NCBI GenBank assembly: GCA_030706745.1
Contig: JAUZNX010000014.1
Span: forward strand, 9,527-73,526
Direction: 5' to 3'
Source of the DNA: Bacteroidota bacterium
GTDB taxonomy: Bacteria; Bacteroidota; Ignavibacteria; Palsa-1295
DNA: 64,000 nucleotides
Part shown: positions 35,831-45,408 of the stretch, piece after piece
Numbering within the stretch: the first letter of the stretch is position 1
Layout of the letters: each line of letters starts with the position of its first letter
Made by a program: the position numbers and the translations under genes
Notes under the pieces: generated by a model
Databases searched by the model: none
What the model was told of the DNA's origin: nothing
The model's input: the letters and a program-made list of their open reading frames with translations, nothing else

Positions 35831-37929
35831 ATACCGAACGACCAACCCAAACCGCGAACCGATTCCCCTCAGGCGATGCCGCCACCGCTGCAGTCACTTC
35901 GGCGGCTCTCGCATCCGCGGCCGTCGCCAAAGCCGCTGTTGCCACGGTAGAGATGGCTAAGTCCGCCGTTGCAAAAGCTGGTGTTGCCCAAGCAGCGGTC
36001 ACCGAAGCAGCAGTTACGACGATGGGCAACGGAGCCTTCCAACGTGATCGCTTCCGAAGCAAAAAGTCGGATAAGTTAATCATTGCGAACAAGGAGCTTG
36101 CGTTTCAGAATGATGAGAAGGAGAAGCGGGCGGCAGAGCTGATCATTGCAAACAAAGAGCTTGCATTCCAAAACAAGGAAAAGGCGAAACGGGCAGCCGA
36201 GTTGCGGATCGCGAACAAGGAGCTTGCATTCCAGAACGATGAAAAGGAAAAGCGTGCGGCCGAGTTGGGGATTGCGAACAAAGAGCTTGCCTATCAGGAT
36301 GAGGAGAAGGAGAAGCGAGCGGCCGAACTCAATATCGCGAACAAAGAGCTTGCCTTCCAAAATAAAGAGAAGGAGAAGCGGGCCGCCGAGCTGAGCATTG
36401 CGAACAAGGAACTCGCATTTCAGAACGATCAAAAGGAAAAACGCGCGGAAGAGCTCGTCGTTGCAAATAAGGAACTTGCTTACCAAAATCAGGTCAAGGA
36501 AAAACGAGCCGCAGAGTTAGTGGTTGCCAACGATGAGCTTGCATTCCAGAATAAGGAAAAGGAGAAGCGAGCCGCGGAACTCGCCATTGCCAATATTGAA
36601 CTCGCATTTCAAAATGACGAGAAGGAGAAGAGGGCAGCGGAATTAGGTGTTGCCAACCAGGAGCTCGCATTCCAAAATGAAGAGAAAGAAAAGCGAGCGG
36701 CTGAGTTACGGATTGCGAACAAGGAGCTCGCCTTCCAAAACAAAGAAAAGGAAAAGCGTGCGGCGGAATTGAGTATTGCGAATAAAGAGCTGGCGTTTCA
36801 AAACGATCAGAAGGAGAAGCGAGCCGGGGAGTTGGTAGTTGCGAATAAGGAACTCGCCGTACAAAATCAGGTGAAGGAAAAGCGCGCGGCAGAGCTCAAC
36901 GTCGCCAATATCGAGCTCGCCTTCCAAAACCATGAGAAGGAAAAACGGGCGGCAGAGCTTAATATTGCGAATATTGAGCTTGCCTACCAAAACGATGAAA
37001 AAGAAAAGCGGGCGGCGGAGCTAAGCGTTGCAAACGAGGAACTTGCTTTCCAGAACAATGAAAAGGAGAAGCGAGCGGAAGAGCTGAGCATAGCCAATAA
37101 GGAGCTGGCCTTTCAAAACGACGAGAAAGAAAAACGCGCGGCGGAGCTCATTGTCGCCAATAAGGAACTGGCCTTCCAAAACGACGAAAAAGAGAAGCGC
37201 GCCGAAGAATTGAGCATCGCAAACAAAGAGTTGCTGGCTTTTACATACGTGTCGAGCCATGACTTGCAGGAGCCGCTACGGAAGATACAGACCTTCGTGA
37301 GCCGGATCAGCGACAACGAGGATGCGAACCTTACTGATAAAGGTCGTGACTATTTCCACCGAATCCAAGAAGCCGCGAAGCGGATGCAAACCCTGATTGA
37401 AGACCTGCTTGCATTTTCTCGCGTCAATACAGCTGAACGAATATTCGTCAACACCGATCTTAACATTATTATCGAAGAAGTAAAGACCGAACTGAAGGAC
37501 ACCATAGATGAAAAGCGGGCGACCATTGATGTCACAGAAGTGTGCCCGGCTAATGTCATTCGGTTTCAGTTTCGTCAGTTGATGCTCAATCTCGTCGGCA
37601 ACGCGCTTAAATTCTCAGATCCTCAGATCCCACCCCACATCATTATCACGAGCAAGATTGAAACCGGCAGTCAGTTGAACAACGAGAAGCTCTCTTCTGA
37701 AAAACAATATTGTCACATCACAGTCACCGACAACGGGATCGGCTTTGAGCCCAAGTTCAACGATCGCATTTTTGAGGTATTCCAAAAACTTCACGACAAA
37801 GAAGAATATGCCGGTACCGGCATTGGGCTGGCTATTGTGAAGAAAATCGTTGAGAACCATAATGGGATCATCACCGCAACGAGCGAACTCAACAAGGGCG
37901 CGCGATTCGATATTTATATACCGGCATAA
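35827..37929 (+). CDS. Sensor histidine kinase (HisKA + HATPase_c) whose N-terminal region consists of an Ala-rich segment plus ~18.5 tandem 22-aa coiled-coil repeats (ELxIANKELAFQNxEKEKRAAE)
   Basis: The H-box is LAFTYVSSHDLQEPLRKI. The ATPase motifs are VGNALKFS, DNGIGF and GTGIGLAIV. No PAS/GAF or periplasmic sensor domain is seen. Confidence 0.85.
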   Translation: MNTERPTQTANRFPSGDAATAAVTSAALASAAVAKAAVATVEMAKSAVAKAGVAQAAVTEAAVTTMGNGAFQRDRFRSKKSDKLIIANKELAFQNDEKEKRAAELIIANKELAFQNKEKAKRAAELRIANKELAFQNDEKEKRAAELGIANKELAYQDEEKEKRAAELNIANKELAFQNKEKEKRAAELSIANKELAFQNDQKEKRAEELVVANKELAYQNQVKEKRAAELVVANDELAFQNKEKEKRAAELAIANIELAFQNDEKEKRAAELGVANQELAFQNEEKEKRAAELRIANKELAFQNKEKEKRAAELSIANKELAFQNDQKEKRAGELVVANKELAVQNQVKEKRAAELNVANIELAFQNHEKEKRAAELNIANIELAYQNDEKEKRAAELSVANEELAFQNNEKEKRAEELSIANKELAFQNDEKEKRAAELIVANKELAFQNDEKEKRAEELSIANKELLAFTYVSSHDLQEPLRKIQTFVSRISDNEDANLTDKGRDYFHRIQEAAKRMQTLIEDLLAFSRVNTAERIFVNTDLNIIIEEVKTELKDTIDEKRATIDVTEVCPANVIRFQFRQLMLNLVGNALKFSDPQIPPHIIITSKIETGSQLNNEKLSSEKQYCHITVTDNGIGFEPKFNDRIFEVFQKLHDKEEYAGTGIGLAIVKKIVENHNGIITATSELNKGARFDIYIPA
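36070..37245 (+). repeat. About 18.5 tandem 66-bp in-frame repeats inside the histidine-kinase gene, with a higher-order duplication (units 5-7 nearly equal units 11-13)
   Basis: The protein repeats were counted directly. Both strands show repeat-shadow ORFs. Confidence 0.8.
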
Positions 37930-37979
37930 TCCGTTGTCCCATCGGGGCCGGTGAGGGTCAGAGAGCGGAAGAGAGAGTA

Positions 37980-38327
37980 TTAACCCGCCACTTTCTCCTC
38001 AGCCTCTTCGCCTTCGTGGACAATATCGCCGGTGGTGAAGAGGATTCCCTGCATAATCTCCCGCCACTGGGGCGTGCGACGAAGCAAGAATTCGAGGTCC
38101 ATGCCGAAGTGCTTGAATTCCTCTTTCTGGGCATTCCGCATGATTGCTTTGGCAGTCGCGTCCGACTCCACCGAGATGCGTTGTTGGTACCAACCGATGG
38201 CCTCAGCTTCTTCGGTGAGCGAAGTGATCATGCGCGCGAATGTGCGCGTCTCTTTCGAAAGTTCGTTCGGCGGTTCGTGGTATTGGGTAGTGGCCATGAT
38301 TTTGGTAAAAGCGTGCAGTATGGTCAC
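37980..38327 (-). CDS. Ferritin-like four-helix (EncFtn/rubrerythrin-like) small protein. The likely start is MATTQYHEPP at 38297.
   Basis: LTEEAEAIGWYQQRI...AIMRNAQKEEFKHFGMDLEFLLRR fits the E...E..H diiron/ferroxidase-type motif pattern. Confidence 0.5.
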   Translation of the reverse strand: MTILHAFTKIMATTQYHEPPNELSKETRTFARMITSLTEEAEAIGWYQQRISVESDATAKAIMRNAQKEEFKHFGMDLEFLLRRTPQWREIMQGILFTTGDIVHEGEEAEEKVAG

Positions 38328-38549
38328 AATACAAATATTGGGCTAATCCCAACGAACGATCTCCGAAATCGCAAGCGAACTCGGGTTTGGTTGGAAGAAC
38401 ATGCCTTCGGCTCACGGAGAGCACTCCGCTATGCCCCGAGCGGGCATGTCAAATCCTGCACAATGATTTTACAAAAGTGAGAATCCCCGGAACATACGAT
38501 GCGAAGGGGCTTCAACTCTTTCTATATTAGAGAATCGCTCTCGATGCGC

Positions 38550-39374
38550 CTATGGCACCTTCGCGCCAATGACGGGCGACGGAGTTTGGTTGATTGCAGT
38601 AAGCACATACTGCTTGATGGCAGGATCGTAGTAGTCCCACCCTTCATAATAGGGCACGCCATACGCAACGACATATACTGAATCCCCAGACTGAAAGGTA
38701 GAGCCTAAGGGACTTACCATGTCCATTGGATACCCAAAAGTACTCTTAGCCGTATCGATATGACGCCCGTCAGGATCGTCATAGGTCGTATAATAATAGG
38801 CTGAATAGTGGCCCGGTACCGCCGATACGTCCGAAGTATGTGAAACATAGAGAACGACTGCGTCTTCCTTCTGGGGTCGCGCGGAATCCGGCAATATGTC
38901 TCCGGATGCGATGAGGTAACCGCCGCCAAGCCGATCGCTTACAGAGCGCAAGGTTACAACTTCATCAGAGTATTTGTACAGGATTGCGACGGTGTAGTCA
39001 CTATACCACTTGACGGTCGTTCCATCTGTATCCGTGACCACGATTGAAACCCATCGCACATCTCCATAACCAGGCTTAGAGAAGTGAGCCGTATACGTTC
39101 CGACTGGAACATTCCTGAATGTGAAGTAGCCACTGTCGTCAGTCACCGCGGAGAATGATGTTCCCTCGATCGTTGCAGTAACACCGCTAAACGGTGGAAG
39201 CTTTATACCCAATGCCTTTGCGAGGACGACCCGTCCGAGGATCGTTGCTGGCTTATGTGGTACAATGACAGGAGGATCGATTGGCGGCTGGGTACTGCTG
39301 CAGCCGGCCAAAACAAGAACTGCAGTAATGGTCAAGGCCCGCCGCCAAACACCAGATGTATGATTTCGACACAT
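38550..39374 (-). CDS. Lipoprotein with a carboxypeptidase-regulatory-like (CarbopepD_reg) domain
   Basis: The lipobox is VLVLAGCSS. The domain sequence is ILGRVV...TIEGTSFSAVTDDSGYFTFRNVPVGTYTAHF. Confidence 0.6.
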   Translation of the reverse strand: MCRNHTSGVWRRALTITAVLVLAGCSSTQPPIDPPVIVPHKPATILGRVVLAKALGIKLPPFSGVTATIEGTSFSAVTDDSGYFTFRNVPVGTYTAHFSKPGYGDVRWVSIVVTDTDGTTVKWYSDYTVAILYKYSDEVVTLRSVSDRLGGGYLIASGDILPDSARPQKEDAVVLYVSHTSDVSAVPGHYSAYYYTTYDDPDGRHIDTAKSTFGYPMDMVSPLGSTFQSGDSVYVVAYGVPYYEGWDYYDPAIKQYVLTAINQTPSPVIGAKVP

Positions 39375-39419
39375 CGAACGCTCGCTAACTGCTAATTTTT
39401 ACCGACTGCAATTTGGACA

Positions 39420-40391
39420 TCACTGCTTGACAGCCGCCAGTTCCACTGTCGCCTTCTTCACCATCTCGTAAAGATAGATCTTCCCGCCATCACTGTAAAC
39501 CAGCATCGTTTCCTTCGGAGCGATGGCGAGTGGTCGCGCGGCGGCGGGCAGCGAGAGGTCCGTGTTCGTCGCTATATCATGCACGCGCCACTTGTCGCCG
39601 TCATCGAAGATTTGGTACTTGCCATTCGGTGAGTAATCGGTCCATGCGCTGGCACTCATCACTAAGTTTCCGGCGGGATCGAGTAAGGCGCCCATGAAGC
39701 TCCCGGTATTGCCCGGATCGCCAAGTCGCGTGCGTTCTGTCGATTCGATATCGTACAGCATCAGTGCGGCTCCGGGGTTGGGACGCGCAATCAAAATCTT
39801 CTTTTGATCGCGAGTCCAGGAGAGGACGCGCCAATTGCGATCATTAGGAAGGATCAGATCACTCGTGTATTGCTGGGTATCGTAGCGGTAGCAATCGACT
39901 TTGTCCTTGTGGACTTTGTTCGCCGTGTAATAGACGTAGCGGCCGTTATACGATAGACCTATGATCTCCGCGTTGGCGTCGCCGGACAAATCCTGCGGTT
40001 GATCGGAGCCATCATCTTTTTGTTTGTAGATGTGATAATCCTTGCCATTCTCACCAAGCCGCATAAATATGATTTCGGGCCGATTGGTCAGATGCACAAA
40101 GCGAACGATTGGACGATCGGTGAACTTGGTAACCTGCGTTGGCGTCATCCCCGGAGTCGCCGTGATACGGCTGTATTTATCGGCGATGACGAGGCTAAAA
40201 ACATTTCCACCTGAGAGATAGAAGACCCGTTTCTCGTCGTTCGAGAAGGTGGCGTCCCCCACGTTGCCAATACCATTTCTCGTGCTGGAATCAATGGCTG
40301 GCAGCGCATGCCAGAACTGCGCGTGCGCCGAGGAATCCGTGATTATAGAATAAAGCGCGAAGAGAGCGAAAATAATGATCGTGCGTTTCAT
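39420..40391 (-). CDS. Secreted beta-propeller-like hypothetical protein
   Basis: There is a signal peptide (MKRTIIIFALFALYSIITDSSAHAQ). Repeated YxxxGxxVYY / DGxxI motifs resemble TolB/PD40-type blades. Confidence 0.45.
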   Translation of the reverse strand: MKRTIIIFALFALYSIITDSSAHAQFWHALPAIDSSTRNGIGNVGDATFSNDEKRVFYLSGGNVFSLVIADKYSRITATPGMTPTQVTKFTDRPIVRFVHLTNRPEIIFMRLGENGKDYHIYKQKDDGSDQPQDLSGDANAEIIGLSYNGRYVYYTANKVHKDKVDCYRYDTQQYTSDLILPNDRNWRVLSWTRDQKKILIARPNPGAALMLYDIESTERTRLGDPGNTGSFMGALLDPAGNLVMSASAWTDYSPNGKYQIFDDGDKWRVHDIATNTDLSLPAAARPLAIAPKETMLVYSDGGKIYLYEMVKKATVELAAVKQ

Positions 40392-40393
40392 AG

Positions 40394-40423
40394 ATCATCA
40401 TTCATCATTCTTCATTCATCATT
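40394..40423. repeat. Short tandem repeat (TCATCAT/TCATTCA units; minus-strand reading GAATGATGAATGA x2) in the 38-nt gap between two co-directional genes, ending 3 nt upstream of the start codon
   Basis: The sequence is atcatcattcatcattcttcattcatcatt. Confidence 0.5.
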
Positions 40424-40429
40424 AGTTCT

Positions 40430-40909
40430 CTAATGCCCGAGAGAGCAGGCTTCTAAAGCACTTTGATCTTCAAATTCAAGGAGGCGGACGGTCCCCTTGC
40501 CGTATCCCAGCATATAATGGATTTCCTCATTATCCCAGATCCAGTAGACGCCTTGCTCGTCTCTGGCTCTGGCAGGTGGAGCGCCCAGAGACTTGCCAAG
40601 ATCCTTTGCGATACTATCGACCCGAAACTTTTCGACCGGCATGTAGGTAAGCCAATCGACTTTGGTCAGGCGTTGGCTGGTGTCAATATGATAAACCATA
40701 TGGCCGTCCAAATCCCAGAAGCGGACGCCGAGACACGATGAATCGCCGTGATCGGCAGGGAGTGGCTTAGCATCCCAGTGTTCCAGGCAGGAATCAACAC
40801 TCGTTGCAGGTGCTCCAATCGCCAAAGGTTGGGCGCGAAGTTGCGCTGCGCCTGCCAGAATGATAGCGGCGATGAAGAAAGAGAAACGACAATTGGCGAG
40901 CACTTTCAC
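40430..40909 (-). CDS. Secreted hypothetical protein (159 aa)
   Basis: There is a signal peptide (FFIAAIILAGAAQLRAQ). No motifs were found. Confidence 0.4.
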   Translation of the reverse strand: MKVLANCRFSFFIAAIILAGAAQLRAQPLAIGAPATSVDSCLEHWDAKPLPADHGDSSCLGVRFWDLDGHMVYHIDTSQRLTKVDWLTYMPVEKFRVDSIAKDLGKSLGAPPARARDEQGVYWIWDNEEIHYMLGYGKGTVRLLEFEDQSALEACSLGH

Positions 40910-42888
40910 TTAATGTGAACAAATGGAAAGACGTGTATCTCACCGGACGAAATGCGCAAGAAATAGGTTCCGGCAGGGAGCCCTTCCAGTCCTATTTGAG
41001 CAATCCCGCCGTCCGATAGAAGCGCGACTCCTCGCCGGACCGCAACTCCCTTTGCGTCAAGAATTTCATACGGCGCAGCACCCGAAATAGGACTCGTTAA
41101 TGTCAGAATCTCTCCGGCGGGCTCTGGTGCAATTGAAAAGCTTGCGAAGGTAGCTGCGGGCTGCACACCACTGGGACTGGGGATGACGGAAAAGAAGAGC
41201 AAGCTTGTATCCGCAATTGCGGGGTCCAACTCATCCATTACACGAACCATCATCCTGTCCGATTTGACATTCGGCACAGGCCACGTATACTGTCCATCCG
41301 TGGCGGGCACCGCGGATGCAATCGGCATCCACGATGACCCGCCATCCGGTGAGTATTCGAGAGCCACCGTTGCGACATGCGCAAAACTCCAATTGATCGA
41401 GACCAGCGAATCTGCTCGATACGATTCGCTCCCTCGTGGTGATATTAGAATCAGCGTCGTATCCTTTGGCGGCTGGATGCACTGCGCCAATCCTGCAAAT
41501 TTTCGAAGCGAATCATCGCCGCGCGCACTGAAGGTCATCTGAACGCGATATTGGCTAAAATCACCGGAAATGGCATAGTTGGCATTCTGGCAATAGCTCA
41601 TGATCGTACCTGGAGACCGGCGTGGTGTAACTGGCAGGCCCCAACATGCATCGCCGAGTCTCAGGCCAAGCTTCGATGTATCATCGTTGGTGAAGCAAGT
41701 GTCGAGCGGCGGATTCCACCAACAGCTATGCGAGTGTTGCAGGCTGAAGTTATGCCCGATTTCATGCGCGACAATGTAGGCGTCATACGTAAATGCAAAT
41801 GTCGGGTACTGATGCTTTGTTTGCGGGGAGCTTACACTATAGGACGAAGCCGGATCGCAGAGCGAGTACCATCCATAGCCACCGCCTCCATTACCAATGG
41901 ACGTCATGACGTGCGCGAGATCGCGCGGGACGTTTGCGTAATGGGTCTGCCAGTAGCTTGGCACGAGCGGTTCCAGAGCATAGGCATTCCCGGCCACCTT
42001 GTACGGATCGCCACTCGTCCAAACTTTCACCCATGTTAAATGCCAGGTAATGTTTGCCTCGTCTTCGTAGATGCTGCTTGCCATCCCAAAGAGCGAAGAT
42101 ATATAACCGAGAACCGCGGGCATGGCGTTGCCAGCCGCCGCGAAGAAACACGAATCGGCTTCGACCGCAATGTCCGTCTGCAGCAGCGTGGAACTTGAAG
42201 TCATGGTCTTCTGCGCACGGTCATCGCCCGGAGATAGTTCGCCGTTTGGAGCGTGTTTTGCGGGCTGCGCAATGTCATCAGCGATGCAATTGAGGCGGGC
42301 AAATCCGCTCAGAGCAAGTAAATCGGTTTCGCGTGTCAGGATGTGCAGACCGCCATCTGCTTGTGTCTTCGCGGGTCCGAGTACTAGCACCTCACCCGAT
42401 TCACGCGTGATTGAACAGAGCATCTTCCCCGAGAAGATCGTCAGAAACACCCGCGAGTTCGGCTCACCAAGGACCTTCCCGCGGTACGCGACAAACAGCG
42501 GAGCCGAAATGCGAACATCGCCCTTAGCCGTCCCTTCTACAAACTGGGTAGTGGCATCGATTGGCGAGTGCGCCGGCTTGAGATCGAGTGTAATGGCACC
42601 GGTCAGGCATGGAAAATTAGCAATCTGAATTTGCTCGTGCGAAGTGAGCAACACGGCAAGCTCCGTGCTGTCCACGAAGAAGTATTTGGACGAAACAGAA
42701 GCGGACTTATCTGCCGCCGGGCGGGCCATCATTAGTTTCGAGGCATCAATCGTATGCCCTGTTGCAGAGTCGAGACCACCAAATGTAAATACAAGGACCA
42801 GCGCGACAATCGGTAGAAGTGAATGCTTCGCTTTCAGCATGTAGAGTAAATGATGCAGGATGGAAGAACACAGTGGATTATCGGCCAT
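40906..42888 (-). CDS. Secreted metzincin-type zinc metalloprotease (HEIGHNFSLQH, M43/cytophagalysin-like) with one Y.W.VP repeat module and a T9SS C-terminal sorting domain
   Basis: HExxHxxxxxH is present. The C-terminus GEILTLTSPISGAAPYEILDAKGVAV...LPAGTYFLRISSGEIHVFPFVHIK is a CTD. The probable start is MLKAKHS at 42840. Confidence 0.7.
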   Translation of the reverse strand: MADNPLCSSILHHLLYMLKAKHSLLPIVALVLVFTFGGLDSATGHTIDASKLMMARPAADKSASVSSKYFFVDSTELAVLLTSHEQIQIANFPCLTGAITLDLKPAHSPIDATTQFVEGTAKGDVRISAPLFVAYRGKVLGEPNSRVFLTIFSGKMLCSITRESGEVLVLGPAKTQADGGLHILTRETDLLALSGFARLNCIADDIAQPAKHAPNGELSPGDDRAQKTMTSSSTLLQTDIAVEADSCFFAAAGNAMPAVLGYISSLFGMASSIYEDEANITWHLTWVKVWTSGDPYKVAGNAYALEPLVPSYWQTHYANVPRDLAHVMTSIGNGGGGYGWYSLCDPASSYSVSSPQTKHQYPTFAFTYDAYIVAHEIGHNFSLQHSHSCWWNPPLDTCFTNDDTSKLGLRLGDACWGLPVTPRRSPGTIMSYCQNANYAISGDFSQYRVQMTFSARGDDSLRKFAGLAQCIQPPKDTTLILISPRGSESYRADSLVSINWSFAHVATVALEYSPDGGSSWMPIASAVPATDGQYTWPVPNVKSDRMMVRVMDELDPAIADTSLLFFSVIPSPSGVQPAATFASFSIAPEPAGEILTLTSPISGAAPYEILDAKGVAVRRGVALLSDGGIAQIGLEGLPAGTYFLRISSGEIHVFPFVHIK

Positions 42889-42962
42889 TTACAGTTGCCA
42901 ATGAACACTCGCAAGGTTACCTTCCGTTTGCCTTCGCGCATTTCAGCCGTCCAAGTAATTTA

Positions 42963-43775
42963 TTAGCCCTCGGCTTCGAGGGACTCCGCGATCCGTCGGA
43001 ACGGCTCGCACAACTCATGCATATAGCCCCAAAACTCTTCCATCGAGTGTACTGCGGTCCGCGAGACTTCCGTGCCGGATCGTCGGATGAGCTCATGTTC
43101 TTTCAACTCGATCGTCTCTTCGGGCTTACCTACAATACAAAAGTATTTGGAGTTGAAGCTCGGAATACCTTCGATATAGGCGCAGATCTCGTTGAACTCA
43201 TGCAATTGGCGCGGCGTAGGATCGAACCGAAATTCCGGCACCCACTCCCCTTTCCGTTCGGCTTCTACGAAGTATTCTTCGCCATCTCTCCGCACTCGGT
43301 ATGTCCCTTTCGGATGTACGTAGGGAGTACCATCGAGGCTCATCACCCGCGGAAATGACTTTGCGAAACCAACCTCGGCGAGATATGGCTGATCCAGATG
43401 GACGACGGTCGTCAAATGTTCATCCGGAGTGCCGTAGCTTCCGTCGCCACGACGCACGCGCCCTGAGAGTGTATCGACTTTATAGCCGAGCGCGCGCAGC
43501 AACATCGCGAACAAGCCATTCAGCTCATAGCAGAATCCTCCACGATTATGGATGACGATCTTGGAATACAAATCGTCTTCATTGAGGCTGAGCGGCTTCC
43601 GCCGCATGATATCGATGTTCTCAAAGGGCACAGACCAGAGATGAGCGTCCAGCAACCGTTGGAGCAACGCGAGATCGGGCAGTTCCCGACCGGGAACGAC
43701 GTCATAAATTCCGATCCGCGCCAGATATTGGGTGGCATCGAATAATTGCGCCATGCGAAGGCTAACATTCGCCAT
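42963..43775 (-). CDS. Arylamine N-acetyltransferase (NAT) family protein
   Basis: The catalytic-Cys motif RGGFCYELN is present, within a ~270-aa NAT fold. Confidence 0.8.
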   Translation of the reverse strand: MANVSLRMAQLFDATQYLARIGIYDVVPGRELPDLALLQRLLDAHLWSVPFENIDIMRRKPLSLNEDDLYSKIVIHNRGGFCYELNGLFAMLLRALGYKVDTLSGRVRRGDGSYGTPDEHLTTVVHLDQPYLAEVGFAKSFPRVMSLDGTPYVHPKGTYRVRRDGEEYFVEAERKGEWVPEFRFDPTPRQLHEFNEICAYIEGIPSFNSKYFCIVGKPEETIELKEHELIRRSGTEVSRTAVHSMEEFWGYMHELCEPFRRIAESLEAEG

Positions 43776-43851
43776 TTAGGAGGCGTGCCGATTATAGCCC
43801 ATCTCTGCTGGTGGAACCCGACGTGCCGTGCTCGGATTCTACGGCTTGCCC

Positions 43852-45384
43852 ATGAAGAAGGTCTATATCGAAACATACGGTTGCCAGATGAATGTCGCCG
43901 ACACGGAGGTTGTACTCTCCGTGCTGAACAAGGCTGGCTATCAACCAACGACTGAGCTGGAAGGCGCTGATCTCGCCCTAATGAACACCTGTGCCATCCG
44001 CGAAAATGCGGAGGAAAAAGTCTGGAATCGGCTCACGCACTGGAAGAATCTTAGAAAAAGGAATCCAGAAGTAGTCGTTGGCGTGCTCGGATGCATGGCG
44101 GAGCATCTGCGAAAGGATTTGCTCAAGAACTCTGGTGCGATTGTCGATCTTGTTGTTGGACCAGATGAATACCGCAAATTGCCCTCCCTGCTGGAGTCTA
44201 TTCGTCCCGAAGACGCGACCCAAATGGCGGTCAGACTTTCCCGGACCGAGACATATGACGATATCCTTCCTTTCCGAAGCGAAGGCATCAGCGCGTTCAT
44301 TTCGGTCATGCGTGGTTGCGACAAGTTTTGTACATACTGCGTCGTGCCCTATACTCGCGGCCGCGAACGTTCACGCAGCATGCAATCCATAGTCGATGAG
44401 TGCAAGGAATTGGAGCAACAGGGATTCCGAGAGATCACGCTACTGGGACAGAATGTAAATTCATACAGGGATCAAATCCCCCTCCAACCTTCCCCCAACC
44501 CCCGCCTTGAAAAGGTAGCGGAGCTTGATTTCTCTGATTTGCTCGCAGCTTGTGCCAGCGCCGTGCCGAGTGTTCGCATCCGTTACACCACCAGCCATCC
44601 GCAGGACTTTGACCAGAAGTTGGTCGATACTATGGCCGAGCACGACAACATCTGCAAGTACATTCACTTGCCGCTGCAATCGGGCTCGGATCGCATCCTC
44701 AAGCTGATGAACCGGACTTATACCCGCGAGCACTATCTGTCGATTATCGAGATGATTCGCCGCGCAATGCCGAATGTCGCGCTTTCAACCGATCTCATCG
44801 TTGGGTTCTGCACCGAGACGCTCGAGGACCATGAGATGACCATGCAAGTCATGCGGGATGTCGAATATGATGGCGCGTACACGTTCAATTATTCCGAGCG
44901 TCCAAATACTCGCGCGGCAAGCACGCTTCCGGATGATATTCCACTTGAGGAGAAGACACGGCGCTTGCAAGAGATAATCGCGCTCCAAAACGAACACGCG
45001 ACGCGGCGCAATCTTTTGGATGTTGGCTGCGAACACACCGTCCTTGTCGAGGGCCGCTCGAAGAAGAACGCCGGTGAATGGAAGGGCCGTACTGATACGA
45101 ACAAGACTGTCATCTTCCCACGCGCGGATGCTGAGGTCGGCGAGTACCGTCAAGTGAGCATCACCCGCTCGAATAGCGCAACCTTGTTTGGTGAGCTTTC
45201 TGGCCGTGAGCTTCAAGCTGCGGTGTCGCTGGACGATGCGACACACCGTGGGCTCAAGCCCACGGCTCCAAATCGCGGCGATGTCCTCTATGATCTGACC
45301 CCGCTCGTCATCTCGACTATCGAACGCGGGGAGCATTCGGGAATCCAGCAACCGATGGCCCTGCAATTGCCTGTGATGCCCTAA
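43852..45384 (+). CDS. miaB: tRNA-i6A37 methylthiotransferase MiaB (radical SAM MTTase) with a ~60-aa C-terminal extension
   Basis: MKKVYIETYGCQMN is the MTTase N-domain start. The radical-SAM motif CDKFCTYC is present, and a TRAM domain lies at the C-terminal end. Confidence 0.85.
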   Translation: MKKVYIETYGCQMNVADTEVVLSVLNKAGYQPTTELEGADLALMNTCAIRENAEEKVWNRLTHWKNLRKRNPEVVVGVLGCMAEHLRKDLLKNSGAIVDLVVGPDEYRKLPSLLESIRPEDATQMAVRLSRTETYDDILPFRSEGISAFISVMRGCDKFCTYCVVPYTRGRERSRSMQSIVDECKELEQQGFREITLLGQNVNSYRDQIPLQPSPNPRLEKVAELDFSDLLAACASAVPSVRIRYTTSHPQDFDQKLVDTMAEHDNICKYIHLPLQSGSDRILKLMNRTYTREHYLSIIEMIRRAMPNVALSTDLIVGFCTETLEDHEMTMQVMRDVEYDGAYTFNYSERPNTRAASTLPDDIPLEEKTRRLQEIIALQNEHATRRNLLDVGCEHTVLVEGRSKKNAGEWKGRTDTNKTVIFPRADAEVGEYRQVSITRSNSATLFGELSGRELQAAVSLDDATHRGLKPTAPNRGDVLYDLTPLVISTIERGEHSGIQQPMALQLPVMP

Positions 45385-45408
45385 GTTGCGGCCATGAATC
45401 GAACCCGA

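Noticed and set aside
36070-37260. CRISPR-like regular repeats, and the ORFs 36076-36486(-), 36146-36394(+), 36706-36990(-), 37021-37260(-)
   Set aside because: The 66-bp units are contiguous with no spacers and sit in frame inside the histidine-kinase gene. The extra ORFs are repeat shadows.
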